64,000 nt of DNA from sequence record NC_054927.1. The stretch is one strand, 5' to 3'. The DNA is from Escherichia phage vB_EcoM_Ozark. Below, one piece after another: positions 10,095 to 20,359 of this stretch. Positions within the stretch are counted from its first letter, which is position 1, and each line of letters opens with the position of its first letter. The position numbers and the translations under genes were made by a program. The notes beneath the pieces were generated by a model. That model was not told where the DNA came from, did no database searches, and was given only the letters and a program-made list of their open reading frames with translations.

Positions 10095-11269
10095 TGAGTA
10101 TGTTGCAACGCCCAGGATATCCAAATCTCAGCGTTAAATTGTTTGATAGCTACGACGCTTGGAGTAATAATAGATTTGTTGAATTAGCTGCTACTATTAC
10201 CACATTAACTATGCGGGATTCTCTTTATGGTCGAAATGAAGGAATGCTGCAGTTTTATGATTCTAAAAACATCCATACAAAAATGGATGGAAATGAAATA
10301 ATTCAGATTTCTGTAGCTAATGCAAACGATATTAATAATGTTAAAACAAGAATTTATGGATGTAAGCATTTTTCCGTGTCAGTAGATTCAAAGGGTGATA
10401 ACATCATTGCTATTGAATTGGGAACTATTCATTCTATAGAAAATCTTAAATTTGGCAGACCGTTTTTCCCTGATGCAGGTGAATCTATAAAGGAAATGCT
10501 TGGTGTCATTTATCAAGACCGTACGCTATTGACTCCACCTATAAATGCTATAAATGCTTATGTTCCTGATATTCCGTGGACTAGTACATTTGAAAACTAT
10601 TTGTCATATGTCAGAGAAGTTGCTCTAGCTGTAGGAAGTGACAAATTTGTGTTTGTGTGGCAAGACATCATGGGAGTTAACATGATGGACTATGATATGA
10701 TGATAAATCAAGAACCGTATCCAATGATTGTCGGTGAGCCATCTTTAATAGGTCAATTCATCCAAGAATTAAAATATCCATTAGCATATGATTTCGTTTG
10801 GTTGACTAAATCGAATCCTCACAAACGCGACCCAATGAAAAACGCTACCATCTACGCGCATTCATTTTTAGATTCTTCATTGCCAATGATTACTACAGGA
10901 AAAGGCGAAAACTCTATTGTAGTGTCAAGGTCAGGTGCTTATTCTGAAATGACTTATAGGAATGGATATGAAGAAGCTATTCGTCTTCAAACTATGGCGC
11001 AATACGATGGCTATGCTAAATGTTCTACTGTCGGTAATTTTAACTTGACTCCTGGCGTTAAAATTATTTTTAATGATAGTAAAAACCAATTTAAAACAGA
11101 ATTTTACGTTGATGAAGTCATCCATGAATTATCAAATAATAATTCAGTAACTCATCTATATATGTTCACTAATGCAACGAAACTGGAAACAATAGACCCA
11201 GTTAAGGTTAAAAATGAATTTAAATCTGATACTACCACTGAAGAAAGTAGTTCTTCCAATAAGCAATAA
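10094..11269 (+). CDS. 27: Baseplate hub protein gp27
   Basis: 391 aa, same length as T4 gp27. Confidence 0.85.
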   Translation: MSMLQRPGYPNLSVKLFDSYDAWSNNRFVELAATITTLTMRDSLYGRNEGMLQFYDSKNIHTKMDGNEIIQISVANANDINNVKTRIYGCKHFSVSVDSKGDNIIAIELGTIHSIENLKFGRPFFPDAGESIKEMLGVIYQDRTLLTPPINAINAYVPDIPWTSTFENYLSYVREVALAVGSDKFVFVWQDIMGVNMMDYDMMINQEPYPMIVGEPSLIGQFIQELKYPLAYDFVWLTKSNPHKRDPMKNATIYAHSFLDSSLPMITTGKGENSIVVSRSGAYSEMTYRNGYEEAIRLQTMAQYDGYAKCSTVGNFNLTPGVKIIFNDSKNQFKTEFYVDEVIHELSNNNSVTHLYMFTNATKLETIDPVKVKNEFKSDTTTEESSSSNKQ

Positions 11270-11747
11270 AGAAGTTTCTATTCCTAAAATGGGTCTTAAA
11301 CACTATAACATTTTAAAAGATGTTAAAGGTCCTGATGAAAATTTAAAACTTCTTATTGATTCTATTTGTCCGAATTTATCACCGGCAGAAGTTGATTTCG
11401 TTTCTATTCATTTATTGGAATTTAATGGAAAGATTAAATCTCGTAAAGAAATAGATGGTTATACTTATGACATTAATGATGTTTATGTGTGCCAAAGATT
11501 AGAATTTCAATACCAAGGAAATACATTTTATTTTAGACCTCCTGGAAAATTTGAACAATTTTTAACGGTGAGCGATATGTTATCCAAATGCTTGCTTAAG
11601 GTCAATGATGAAGTTAAAGAAATTAATTTTCTTGAGATGCCAGCATTCGTTTTAAAATGGGCAAATGACATTTTTACAACTTTAGCAATTCCTGGCCCTA
11701 ATGGTCCAATAACTGGAATTGGCAATATTATTGGATTATTTGAATGA
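11214..11747 (+). CDS. 28: Baseplate hub distal protein gp28
   Basis: 177 aa; starts inside the 3' end of gene 27 in another frame. Confidence 0.75.
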   Translation: MNLNLILPLKKVVLPISNKEVSIPKMGLKHYNILKDVKGPDENLKLLIDSICPNLSPAEVDFVSIHLLEFNGKIKSRKEIDGYTYDINDVYVCQRLEFQYQGNTFYFRPPGKFEQFLTVSDMLSKCLLKVNDEVKEINFLEMPAFVLKWANDIFTTLAIPGPNGPITGIGNIIGLFE

Positions 11748-13516
11748 AAAAGCCACAAGAAATGCAAACAATGCGTAGAAAAGTTATTTCAGATAATAAA
11801 CCAACACAGGAAGCGGCTAAATCCGCTTCCAACACTTTATCTGGACTTAACGATATATCTACGAAATTGGATGATGCTCAAGCTGCTTCTGAGTTAATTG
11901 CTCAAACTGTCGAAGAAAAATCGAATGAAATAATTGGAGCAATTGACAACGTAGAAAACGCAGTGAGTGATACTACTGCTGGTTCTGAGTTAATTGCTGA
12001 AACTGTCGAAATTGGCAATAATATTAATAAAGAAATCGGTGAATCACTCGGGAGCAAATTAGATAAATTAACGAGTTTACTAGAGCAAAAAATTCAGACA
12101 GCCGGAATTCAACAAACAGGAACTAGTTTAGCCACGGTTGAAAGCGCTATTCCTGTTAAAGTTGTTGAGGATGATACAGCTGAATCTGTGGGTCCTTTAT
12201 TACCAGCTCCTGAAGCAGTTAATAATGATCCTGACGCTGATTTTTTCCCTGCCCCTCAGCCAGTTGAACCCAAACAAGAATCACCAGAAGAAAAACAGAA
12301 AAAAGAAGCATTTAACTTAAAATTATCTCAAGCTTTAGATAAATTAACAAAGACAGTTGATTTTGGATTTAAGAAATCCATTTCAATTACTGATAAAATA
12401 TCAAGCATGCTATTTAAGTACACCGTTAGTGCTGCTATTGAAGCTGCTAAAATGACTGCAATGATATTGGCTGTTGTTGTTGGAATAGACCTTTTGATGG
12501 TTCACTTTAAATACTGGTCAGGTAAATTTTCACAAGCCTGGGACTTGTTTAGTGCAAACTTTACTAAATTCTCTAGCGAAACCGGAACATGGGGTCCTTT
12601 ATTACAGAGCATCTTTGGTTCTATTGATAAAATTCAACAATTTTGGGAAAAGGGAGATTGGGGCGGATTGACGGCAGCTATCATAGAAGGACTCGGAAGT
12701 GTTCTTTTTAATTTAGGAGAGCTTATTCAATTAGGCATGGCTAAATTATCTGCTGCAATTCTTCGAGTCATTCCTGGCATGAAAGACACTGCTGATGAAG
12801 TAGAAGGAAGAGCACTGGAAAATTTCCAAAATACTACTGGAGCATCTCTCAATAAAGAAGACCAGGAAAAAGTTGCAAATTATCAGTACAAAAGAATGAA
12901 TGGAGACCTTGGTCCAATAGCAAAAGGATTAGACAAAATTGCGAACTGGAAAACTCGTGCATCTAACTGGATTCGTGGTGTAGATAATAAAGAAGCACTA
13001 ACATCTGATGAAGAGAGAGCAGAGGAAGAAGAAAAATTAAAGCAGCTTTCTCCAGAGGAAGCTAAAATTGCTTTAATGAAAGCTAATGAAGCTCGTGCTG
13101 CTATGAATCGTTTTGAAAAATATGCTGATTCAGCTGATATGAGTAAAGACTCAACGGTTAAATCTGTTGAATCTGCCTATGAAGACCTTAAAAAACGGAT
13201 GGATGACCCGGATTTAAACAATTCACCGGCAGTTAAAAAAGAACTTGCTGCTAGATTTTCTAAAATTGATGCTACTTATCAAGAGCTCAAGAAAAATCAG
13301 CCTAATGCCAAACCTGAAACTTCTGCTAAATCGCCAGAAGCGAAACAGGTCCAAGTTATTGAAAAGAACAAAGCACAGCAAGCTCCTGTTCAGCAAGCAT
13401 CTCCTTCAATCAATAATACTAATAATGTTATTAAGAAAAATACTGTCGTTCATAATATGACACCTGTCACAAGCACAACTGCTCCTGGTGTATTTGATGC
13501 GACTGGAGTTAATTAA
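11744..13516 (+). CDS. 29: Baseplate hub / tail length determinator gp29
   Basis: 590 aa; hydrophobic central segment. Confidence 0.85.
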   Translation: MKKPQEMQTMRRKVISDNKPTQEAAKSASNTLSGLNDISTKLDDAQAASELIAQTVEEKSNEIIGAIDNVENAVSDTTAGSELIAETVEIGNNINKEIGESLGSKLDKLTSLLEQKIQTAGIQQTGTSLATVESAIPVKVVEDDTAESVGPLLPAPEAVNNDPDADFFPAPQPVEPKQESPEEKQKKEAFNLKLSQALDKLTKTVDFGFKKSISITDKISSMLFKYTVSAAIEAAKMTAMILAVVVGIDLLMVHFKYWSGKFSQAWDLFSANFTKFSSETGTWGPLLQSIFGSIDKIQQFWEKGDWGGLTAAIIEGLGSVLFNLGELIQLGMAKLSAAILRVIPGMKDTADEVEGRALENFQNTTGASLNKEDQEKVANYQYKRMNGDLGPIAKGLDKIANWKTRASNWIRGVDNKEALTSDEERAEEEEKLKQLSPEEAKIALMKANEARAAMNRFEKYADSADMSKDSTVKSVESAYEDLKKRMDDPDLNNSPAVKKELAARFSKIDATYQELKKNQPNAKPETSAKSPEAKQVQVIEKNKAQQAPVQQASPSINNTNNVIKKNTVVHNMTPVTSTTAPGVFDATGVN

Positions 13517-13524
13517 GGAATAAT

Positions 13525-14619
13525 ATGGCAATTGTTAAAGAAATAACTACTGATTTAATTAAAAAGTCCGGTGAGAAAATTTCAGCCGGACAGAGCACTA
13601 AATCAGAAGTAGTAACTAAAACATACACTGCCCAGTTTCCAACTGGGCGTGCTAGTGGTAATGACACTACAGGGGACTTCCAGGTAACAGATCTATATAA
13701 GAATGGATTATTATTTACTGCATACAATATGTCATCTAGGGATTCTGGAAGTCTTAGATCGATGAGATCTAACTACTCTTCTTCATCTTCGAGTATTTTA
13801 AGTACAGCTAGAAACACTATTAGTAGTACAGTATCAAAACTATCAAATGGATTAATATCAAATAATAATTCAGGAACAATAAGTAAAGCTCCTGTCGCAA
13901 ACATTCTTTTACCGAGATCTAAATCTGATGTTGACACATCATCACATAGATTTAATGATGTTCAAGAAAGCCTTATTAGTAGAGGCGGAGGTACTGCTAC
14001 TGGTGTGCTAAGTAATATTGCTTCAACCGCAGTATTTGGGGCACTGGAAAGTATAACACAAGGTATAATGGCTGATAATAATGAGCAGATTTATACGACA
14101 GCCAGAAGTATGTACGGTGGCGCTGAAAATAGAACTAAAGTGTTTACATGGGATTTGACTCCACGTTCAACAGAAGATTTAATGGCTATTATTAATATCT
14201 ATCAGTATTTTAACTATTTTTCTTATGGTGAAACAGGTAAATCTCAATATGCTGCTGAAATAAAGGGGTATTTAGATGATTGGTATCGTTCTACGTTAAT
14301 TGAACCTTTATCTCCGGAAGACGCAGCTAAAAATAAAACACTATTTGAGAAAATGACAGCAAGTTTAACTAACGTTCTAGTGGTTTCAAACCCGACAATT
14401 TGGATGGTGAAAAACTTTGGTGCAACATCTAAGTTTGATGGAAAAACGGAAATATTTGGCCCATGCCAAATACAGAGCATTAGATTTGATAAAACACCTA
14501 ATGGTAACTTTAACGGATTAGCTATTGCTCCAAACCTCCCTAGTACATTTACTCTCGAGATTACTATGAGAGAAATTATCACGTTAAACCGTGCTTCTTT
14601 ATATGCGGGGACTTTTTAA
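13525..14619 (+). CDS. 48: Baseplate tail-tube junction protein gp48
   Basis: 364 aa; synteny. Confidence 0.85.
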   Translation: MAIVKEITTDLIKKSGEKISAGQSTKSEVVTKTYTAQFPTGRASGNDTTGDFQVTDLYKNGLLFTAYNMSSRDSGSLRSMRSNYSSSSSSILSTARNTISSTVSKLSNGLISNNNSGTISKAPVANILLPRSKSDVDTSSHRFNDVQESLISRGGGTATGVLSNIASTAVFGALESITQGIMADNNEQIYTTARSMYGGAENRTKVFTWDLTPRSTEDLMAIINIYQYFNYFSYGETGKSQYAAEIKGYLDDWYRSTLIEPLSPEDAAKNKTLFEKMTASLTNVLVVSNPTIWMVKNFGATSKFDGKTEIFGPCQIQSIRFDKTPNGNFNGLAIAPNLPSTFTLEITMREIITLNRASLYAGTF

Positions 14620-15584
14620 TGTATTCTTTAGAGGAATTTAATAATCAAGCAATAAACGCAGATTTCCAACGTAATAATATGTTTAGCTGCGTTTTTGCAA
14701 CAACTCCATCAACTAAAAGCTCTTCGTTGATAAGTTCAATTAGCAACTTTTCTTATAATAACTTGGGCCTAAATTCAGATTGGTTAGGATTAACTCAAGG
14801 CGATATTAATCAGGGAATTACTACGCTAATTACAGCTGGCACACAAAAACTGATAAGAAAATCAGGGGTTAGTAAATATCTTATTGGTGCCATGAGTCAA
14901 CGTACAGTTCAAAGTTTATTAGGCTCGTTTACAGTTGGTACATATTTAATTGACTTCTTTAACATGGCATATAACTCATCTGGATTGATGATATATTCTG
15001 TAAAAATGCCAGAGAATAGATTATCCTATGAAACTGACTGGAACTATAATTCTCCTAATATTCGTATAACTGGGAGAGAATTAGATCCTTTGGTTATTTC
15101 ATTTAGAATGGATTCAGAAGCTTGTAACTATCGTGCAATGCAAGACTGGGTTAACTCTGTTCAAGACCCAGTAACTGGATTACGTGCTTTGCCACAAGAT
15201 GTCGAGGCAGATATTCAGGTTAATCTTCATGCTCGTAATGGATTACCTCATACTGCGGTGATGTTCACCGGATGCATTCCAATATCAGTGAGCGCTCCTG
15301 AGTTATCATATGATGGAGATAACCAAATAACTACATTTGACGTTACTTTTGCGTATAGAGTGATGCAGGCTGGAGCAGTTGATAGACAAGCTGCGCTTGA
15401 ATGGCTTGAATCTGCTGCTATAAATGGTATTCAAAGCGTTCTCGGAAATAGTGGAGGTGTTACTGGACTATCTAATTCGCTTTCACGGCTTAGTAGATTA
15501 GGAGGGACTGCAGGAAGCATTTCAAACATTAATACTATGACAGGGATTGTCAATTCGCAGAGTAAAATATTAGGAGCAATATAA
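14619..15584 (+). CDS. 54: Baseplate tail-tube initiator gp54
   Basis: 321 aa; synteny. Confidence 0.85.
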   Translation: MYSLEEFNNQAINADFQRNNMFSCVFATTPSTKSSSLISSISNFSYNNLGLNSDWLGLTQGDINQGITTLITAGTQKLIRKSGVSKYLIGAMSQRTVQSLLGSFTVGTYLIDFFNMAYNSSGLMIYSVKMPENRLSYETDWNYNSPNIRITGRELDPLVISFRMDSEACNYRAMQDWVNSVQDPVTGLRALPQDVEADIQVNLHARNGLPHTAVMFTGCIPISVSAPELSYDGDNQITTFDVTFAYRVMQAGAVDRQAALEWLESAAINGIQSVLGNSGGVTGLSNSLSRLSRLGGTAGSISNINTMTGIVNSQSKILGAI

Positions 15585-15588
15585 CAAT

Positions 15589-15606
15589 GGGGACCGAAAG
15601 GTCCCC
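15589..15606. terminator. Hairpin ggggaccgaaaggtcccc after gene 54
   Basis: Perfect palindrome with GAAA loop then T-run. Confidence 0.55.
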
Positions 15607-15612
15607 ATATTT

Positions 15613-15903
15613 TTATTTACGGAATGAAATAAAAGCAGCAACTGAAGCAACTAAACTGTCTTCAATATAAACTTCAATTTTTACCGGAGCTTCTGACTCA
15701 AATTTACCTGTTACTACACCCTGAAAAATACTTTCAGTCTGTTCTGGCTTTGAAAAATTTTCAGAAGGAAAAATTCCGAACTTTTTATCTGTTCCAAAAA
15801 TTTTAATAAATTCATCGTAAACTGCTTCATTAAAAGCATTATCAGCAGGAATAACGCCTTCAACTACAAGTTCTTGACCTAAAAAGCGCAAAGAAGATTT
15901 CAT
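15613..15903 (-). CDS. Hypothetical protein (position of T4 alt.-3)
   Basis: 96-aa ORF, ATG with GAGGAA RBS, just downstream of the repeated early promoter cassette. Confidence 0.6.
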   Translation of the reverse strand: MKSSLRFLGQELVVEGVIPADNAFNEAVYDEFIKIFGTDKKFGIFPSENFSKPEQTESIFQGVVTGKFESEAPVKIEVYIEDSLVASVAAFISFRK

Positions 15904-15910
15904 TTTGTGT

Positions 15911-15964
15911 TCCTCATGTTATGTCAGTAAGACTACTATAACACAACACGAGAGACTTGTAAAC
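15911..15964 (-). promoter_or_regulatory. T4-type early promoter plus leader, 54-nt cassette copy A
   Basis: On minus strand: GTTTAC -35, 18-nt spacer, TGnTATAGT -10, leader ending in GAGGAA RBS; 52/54 identical to 31129-31182. Confidence 0.6.
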
Positions 15965-18021
15965 TACATTTTGAACTTTTTAGACATTCCGTTAATGTTA
16001 ACCAAAGAAGCTAAGATTTGAGAAACTTCGTTTTCCTCTTCTTTTGATTCTTCTACAAGGAATTGATTAAATCCAGTCATTGGACGAACTTCACCAGTTT
16101 CCATTAGATGGTCGCCATCATATACTGATTCCTCTAATTGTTCAGAAGGAGGAACGATTGTACCTTCTATTAGATACTTGTTATAAGCAGTTTCTTTCAT
16201 AAAGTACGTACTTACTTTATTAATCTTCAGTAAAATTCCGCGCGGTAGAATAACTTCAGCTTCTGATGGAAATCCTGATAAATGACCTGGAACGATAACT
16301 TTGATTCGCTCAGCTCCTTTAATTACCATACCCACGCTAGTTTCAGCATCTTCATTAGCATATGTAGAATGACTACCCATATGCATCAAATCTTCTGCAT
16401 CAACGGAACCTTCTCCTTCACCAGAAAATACTGCACCGGAATCATCTAGAGCCATATAGTTTTTACCATGCTCACCGAAGATATTTGGTTTAAGCGATGT
16501 GGATACGAAGTTCTTGAAATAGAACATTTTATTTTCAATGTTATGACGCAAAGTTTTAAAGGTAACTTCTTGTCCACGGTAAAGTGTAGTTCCTGGAGGA
16601 AGAACTGATCCTTTGGCAAAGGCAGAATCCAACGTCTCGATGTGCTTAATAGCTCGTTCCATGTATTCTTCACGGGTAGAATCTGGTTTACCCAAAAGGA
16701 ACGAGTTCATTTCAACATATGAATCTGCACAATAATCTTCAATTACATCAGATTCAGCTTGGGTTAGTCCTTTTGGAGTTACTTCGGTGCTTGCGTATTC
16801 ATATGCCTGAGCAGCAGATTCATTAATCAATTTATAAATGCCATTCATTACAAATTGAATAATAGCTGTCTTTTCATCTGGCGTAGCTTTAGAACCTTTA
16901 ACTAAATCATTAATAATTTTCTTAATAACATCAAAGCTATTAGAAATATTAATGTCAGCAAGATCGCTTAAAATTTTATCAGTTTTATAATCAAAGAATT
17001 CTTTATTCTTTAAATATTCTTGAGAACCTTGATATGTTATATCGCTCTGCAACTTGATGGATGGATCACGTAAACGTGCATGGGCTAATGCAATGTGATT
17101 TCGGAAGTTTTCTAGTTCATAATCGCTAGATTTAAAACGAGAAGCACTCCTCATGCCACCGATAGCTCCTTTGCTGAAGTTTGAACCAATCTGAATAACG
17201 CCAGAGTTCATTGGTCCTTCTGCTTTATATACCGGAACTTTAGATTCAAACTCTTGATATTTCTTAGCAGCGAAGCTATCACCCTGAAGTGAAGCATCAA
17301 CAGTAGAATATTGAGCTTGTGCTGCTAATCGACGACTAATTTTAGTTTTCTGAATAACAGCTTGGTCCGTGCGCTTATCATTTTCTAAAGCAATAGAAGC
17401 AGCAACAGCAACAGCTTTAGGAACAGCATTACCTGTTTTAATGTCTACATAAACATCACCAACCTTCGATTCAACTTTTGTGAATAACTCAGTTGAAATA
17501 GGAGGTACACCTGGAATGTCTTCTAAATTGGCATTTTTACGGTAAACCATAATATATGCATATTTCTTATCATAGTCCCAGATTTCCTTTAAAAGAACAT
17601 ATCGACCTGCTCCTTTAGTACGTACTAAACGGTCAGCAATAACTTGCATTTGACGAGCTGCGCCATTTGTTTTACTTTTTAGTACGCGGAATAGGCATGC
17701 GTCGATTTTATACTGTTTCATTGTTTGAAGAGCAGTATCAAAAACAGCATTAATGACGCCAATTGGATTTCCACCCAAGTTTCTAAGCTTAACCAGTGAT
17801 AATTTCTCGTTGACACCTATCATTACGATATGCATCATTTTATCGCCTGGCTTAACGTTTTTATTTGTATCACCGCCAGAGGTGTATGTACAAAATCTAA
17901 ATCCAGGAAGCACACTTTCTTCACCAGCTTGAATAGCAAAAATTTGTGGTATTTTATGCTTAGGATTTAAGTTAACAACCGGCGCCGAAGCGCCGTCAAA
18001 TAATTCTGTAATAAGTTCCAT
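15964..18021 (-). CDS. Alt-family ADP-ribosyltransferase, paralog 1
   Basis: 685 aa; C-terminal ART motifs YRG, STS, EAEVILPRG; N-terminal about 230 aa nearly collinear with the upstream paralog. Confidence 0.8.
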   Translation of the reverse strand: MELITELFDGASAPVVNLNPKHKIPQIFAIQAGEESVLPGFRFCTYTSGGDTNKNVKPGDKMMHIVMIGVNEKLSLVKLRNLGGNPIGVINAVFDTALQTMKQYKIDACLFRVLKSKTNGAARQMQVIADRLVRTKGAGRYVLLKEIWDYDKKYAYIMVYRKNANLEDIPGVPPISTELFTKVESKVGDVYVDIKTGNAVPKAVAVAASIALENDKRTDQAVIQKTKISRRLAAQAQYSTVDASLQGDSFAAKKYQEFESKVPVYKAEGPMNSGVIQIGSNFSKGAIGGMRSASRFKSSDYELENFRNHIALAHARLRDPSIKLQSDITYQGSQEYLKNKEFFDYKTDKILSDLADINISNSFDVIKKIINDLVKGSKATPDEKTAIIQFVMNGIYKLINESAAQAYEYASTEVTPKGLTQAESDVIEDYCADSYVEMNSFLLGKPDSTREEYMERAIKHIETLDSAFAKGSVLPPGTTLYRGQEVTFKTLRHNIENKMFYFKNFVSTSLKPNIFGEHGKNYMALDDSGAVFSGEGEGSVDAEDLMHMGSHSTYANEDAETSVGMVIKGAERIKVIVPGHLSGFPSEAEVILPRGILLKINKVSTYFMKETAYNKYLIEGTIVPPSEQLEESVYDGDHLMETGEVRPMTGFNQFLVEESKEEENEVSQILASLVNINGMSKKFKM

Positions 18022-18024
18022 GAT

Positions 18025-20118
18025 TTATCCTTGAACGAACTTGTAAGGCATGTTTGTAATATCTATGCAAGACGCAATAATTCCAAGAGATGATTCTACT
18101 TTCTGTTTAACATTTGATGAAACAAATGATGCAAAGTCAACTCTATCTTCTATTTCAATACCACCAGTCATTGCAACTACTTCGCCGGTTTCCATTAAAC
18201 GGTCTCCGTCATAGATTACCGATTCGGTGAGTTCTTCTGTGGTCATAACTTCAGCTTGAATGAGTTTTGTATTATTAGACGTGGTTCCGTCATTATTAGA
18301 AGCATCAGTTATTTTATTAACTTTAACCATCAATCCGCGCGGTAGAATAACTTCAGCTTCTGTTGCTATTCCGAGACTTCCTGGATATACAACATTAACT
18401 TTATGAGCTCCATCAATTGCCCATCCTATTTGAACTTTAACGTATTCAGGATTTTCTTTATACGCTCTTATTTCGTTTGGATTAATAGTTATTCCTTCTT
18501 CATTTTTATCAACCGTTAATTCGTTACGAGCTTCTGGTTCTAAAAGACCAATACCAGCATGTGTAATTCCAAAACGCCCAAAAATGATAGGAGTTAAAGA
18601 AGTAGATACAAAATTTCTGAAATAGAACACTTTATTTTTAACTAGCGCTTCGTATATAGGAGCAGTCATACTTTGAGCACGATAAACTGTAATGCCTTCC
18701 GGTATGCGGTCACCATTTTCAAAAGCTGAATCTAAATTATTTATAGCAGATTCAATTTCTTTTTCACTCATTACATCATATCGTTCTGGATTGTAACGAC
18801 CTAAAAGAAGATTATTGATGTCAGTATATCCTGAACCACAATACTCTCTAATGCCGCGCTTTTGTGATGGAGTATATTTAGAACCATCACGGGCAATAGT
18901 AATATCAATCATTGGACCTGCACCAATTCCAGAAAAACTATAAATCATTCTTTTGAGGAATTTAGTTTTTGCTGCGTTCCAGGAATTTTTAGTCATTTCT
19001 TCCCAGACTTCATCTTGCTGCCCTTTACGAGTTTTATTATGTTTATCAAGCCAATTATCTTTATATTCTTCAAAGAATTTATTAATAGCTGCTGCGTATT
19101 TCTCTAAACATTTTATTGAAGTAGTTGGTTCATTTTTTATCGCGTTAAAAATTACATCTTTAATTTTTTCGGAAACTTCATTAACCTCACTTTTTGAAAA
19201 GAATTTATAGTCATAGTGAAGTTCATTCGCAGTTCCTTCGGCAATAATTTTTGCTGCCTTAGTTTTAGAAGCTAATGAATTAATTCCAAGCTTCATTTCT
19301 TCTGCTTCGGGAATTAAAGGAGCGGTAGCGGGTTTATTGAAATTAGCTGCGGTAGATTCATACTTCTGAAATAATTCACTTTCAAATCTAGAAGATTCCA
19401 ATGACTGACTTTGTGCAATTGCTCTACGGGAAATTTTAACTTTAACGATTACAGCTTGATCAGAACGTTTATCATTTTCTTGCGCAATAGATGCTGCAAT
19501 TGCCTCATTTTTAGTTACTTGAGCTCCAGTATCTTTATTGATATAAACATCACCGACCTTCGATTCAACTTTAGTAAAGAGCTCGGTACTAATTTCCGGA
19601 ACCCCTGGAATGTCTTCTAGTGATACATTTTTGCGATGTATAAGAATATATGCATACTTTTTATCGTAATCCCAGAGTTCCTTAAGAAGGACGTATCTGC
19701 CACCTGAACGACTACGGATAAGTCTATCAGCAATAACCTGAATTTGTCGAGCTTGACCAGCGGTTTTAGACTTAAGAATACGAAGCATACAGGCATCAAT
19801 TTTATACTGACGCATTGTTTGCATTGCAACAGTAAAAACTGAATTGATATAATTAATTGGGCTTGAACCAAGACCTTTCAATTTAGCAATTGAACCTTTA
19901 GCAGTTAATGTAAAAGGAACAATATGCATCATTTTATCGCCCATCTTTAAATCGCGATTAGTATCACCTCCAGATGTATAGGTACATAAACGAAAGCCTG
20001 GTTGTTCAATTGCGTCATCAACATGAACTGAAAAAATTTGTGGTATTTTCTTCTTTGGATTTAAGTTTGTAATCGGAAGAGTAGTATCTTCGTCAAATAA
20101 TTCTGTAATGAGTTCCAT
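18025..20118 (-). CDS. alt: Alt-family ADP-ribosyltransferase, paralog 2 (the copy adjacent to gene 30)
   Basis: 697 aa from second ATG (MELITELF); motifs YRAQ, STS, EAEVILPRG; late promoter upstream. Confidence 0.8.
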   Translation of the reverse strand: MELITELFDEDTTLPITNLNPKKKIPQIFSVHVDDAIEQPGFRLCTYTSGGDTNRDLKMGDKMMHIVPFTLTAKGSIAKLKGLGSSPINYINSVFTVAMQTMRQYKIDACMLRILKSKTAGQARQIQVIADRLIRSRSGGRYVLLKELWDYDKKYAYILIHRKNVSLEDIPGVPEISTELFTKVESKVGDVYINKDTGAQVTKNEAIAASIAQENDKRSDQAVIVKVKISRRAIAQSQSLESSRFESELFQKYESTAANFNKPATAPLIPEAEEMKLGINSLASKTKAAKIIAEGTANELHYDYKFFSKSEVNEVSEKIKDVIFNAIKNEPTTSIKCLEKYAAAINKFFEEYKDNWLDKHNKTRKGQQDEVWEEMTKNSWNAAKTKFLKRMIYSFSGIGAGPMIDITIARDGSKYTPSQKRGIREYCGSGYTDINNLLLGRYNPERYDVMSEKEIESAINNLDSAFENGDRIPEGITVYRAQSMTAPIYEALVKNKVFYFRNFVSTSLTPIIFGRFGITHAGIGLLEPEARNELTVDKNEEGITINPNEIRAYKENPEYVKVQIGWAIDGAHKVNVVYPGSLGIATEAEVILPRGLMVKVNKITDASNNDGTTSNNTKLIQAEVMTTEELTESVIYDGDRLMETGEVVAMTGGIEIEDRVDFASFVSSNVKQKVESSLGIIASCIDITNMPYKFVQG

Positions 20119-20141
20119 CATATCCTCTCTAGTGTTTATTC

Positions 20142-20149
20142 TATTTATA
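20142..20149 (-). promoter_or_regulatory. Late promoter TATAAATA upstream of alt
   Basis: TATAAATA on minus strand about 20 nt before the alt start codons. Confidence 0.55.
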
Positions 20150-20170
20150 AAATTAAAGGCCCGAAGGCCT

Positions 20171-20359
20171 TTAATAATCTATTGGTAAGAGAGTACGATA
20201 TATTTCAAACTTTGGACCTTTTTCATAAGCATCAAAAGTTTCTGTGAATTTATTATAAGCATATGCATCTATAAATTCAATCATGATTTGTGATACAGAA
20301 GTAGAAACATCTCCACCTTCTTTTTGAGCCACGACAATTGTTTCTAAGTAAGCTTTCAT
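20171..20359 (-). CDS. Hypothetical 62-aa protein translationally coupled to DNA ligase
   Basis: ATG overlaps the ligase TGA (ATGA); followed by hairpin aaaggcccgaaggccttt. Confidence 0.5.
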   Translation of the reverse strand: MKAYLETIVVAQKEGGDVSTSVSQIMIEFIDAYAYNKFTETFDAYEKGPKFEIYRTLLPIDY

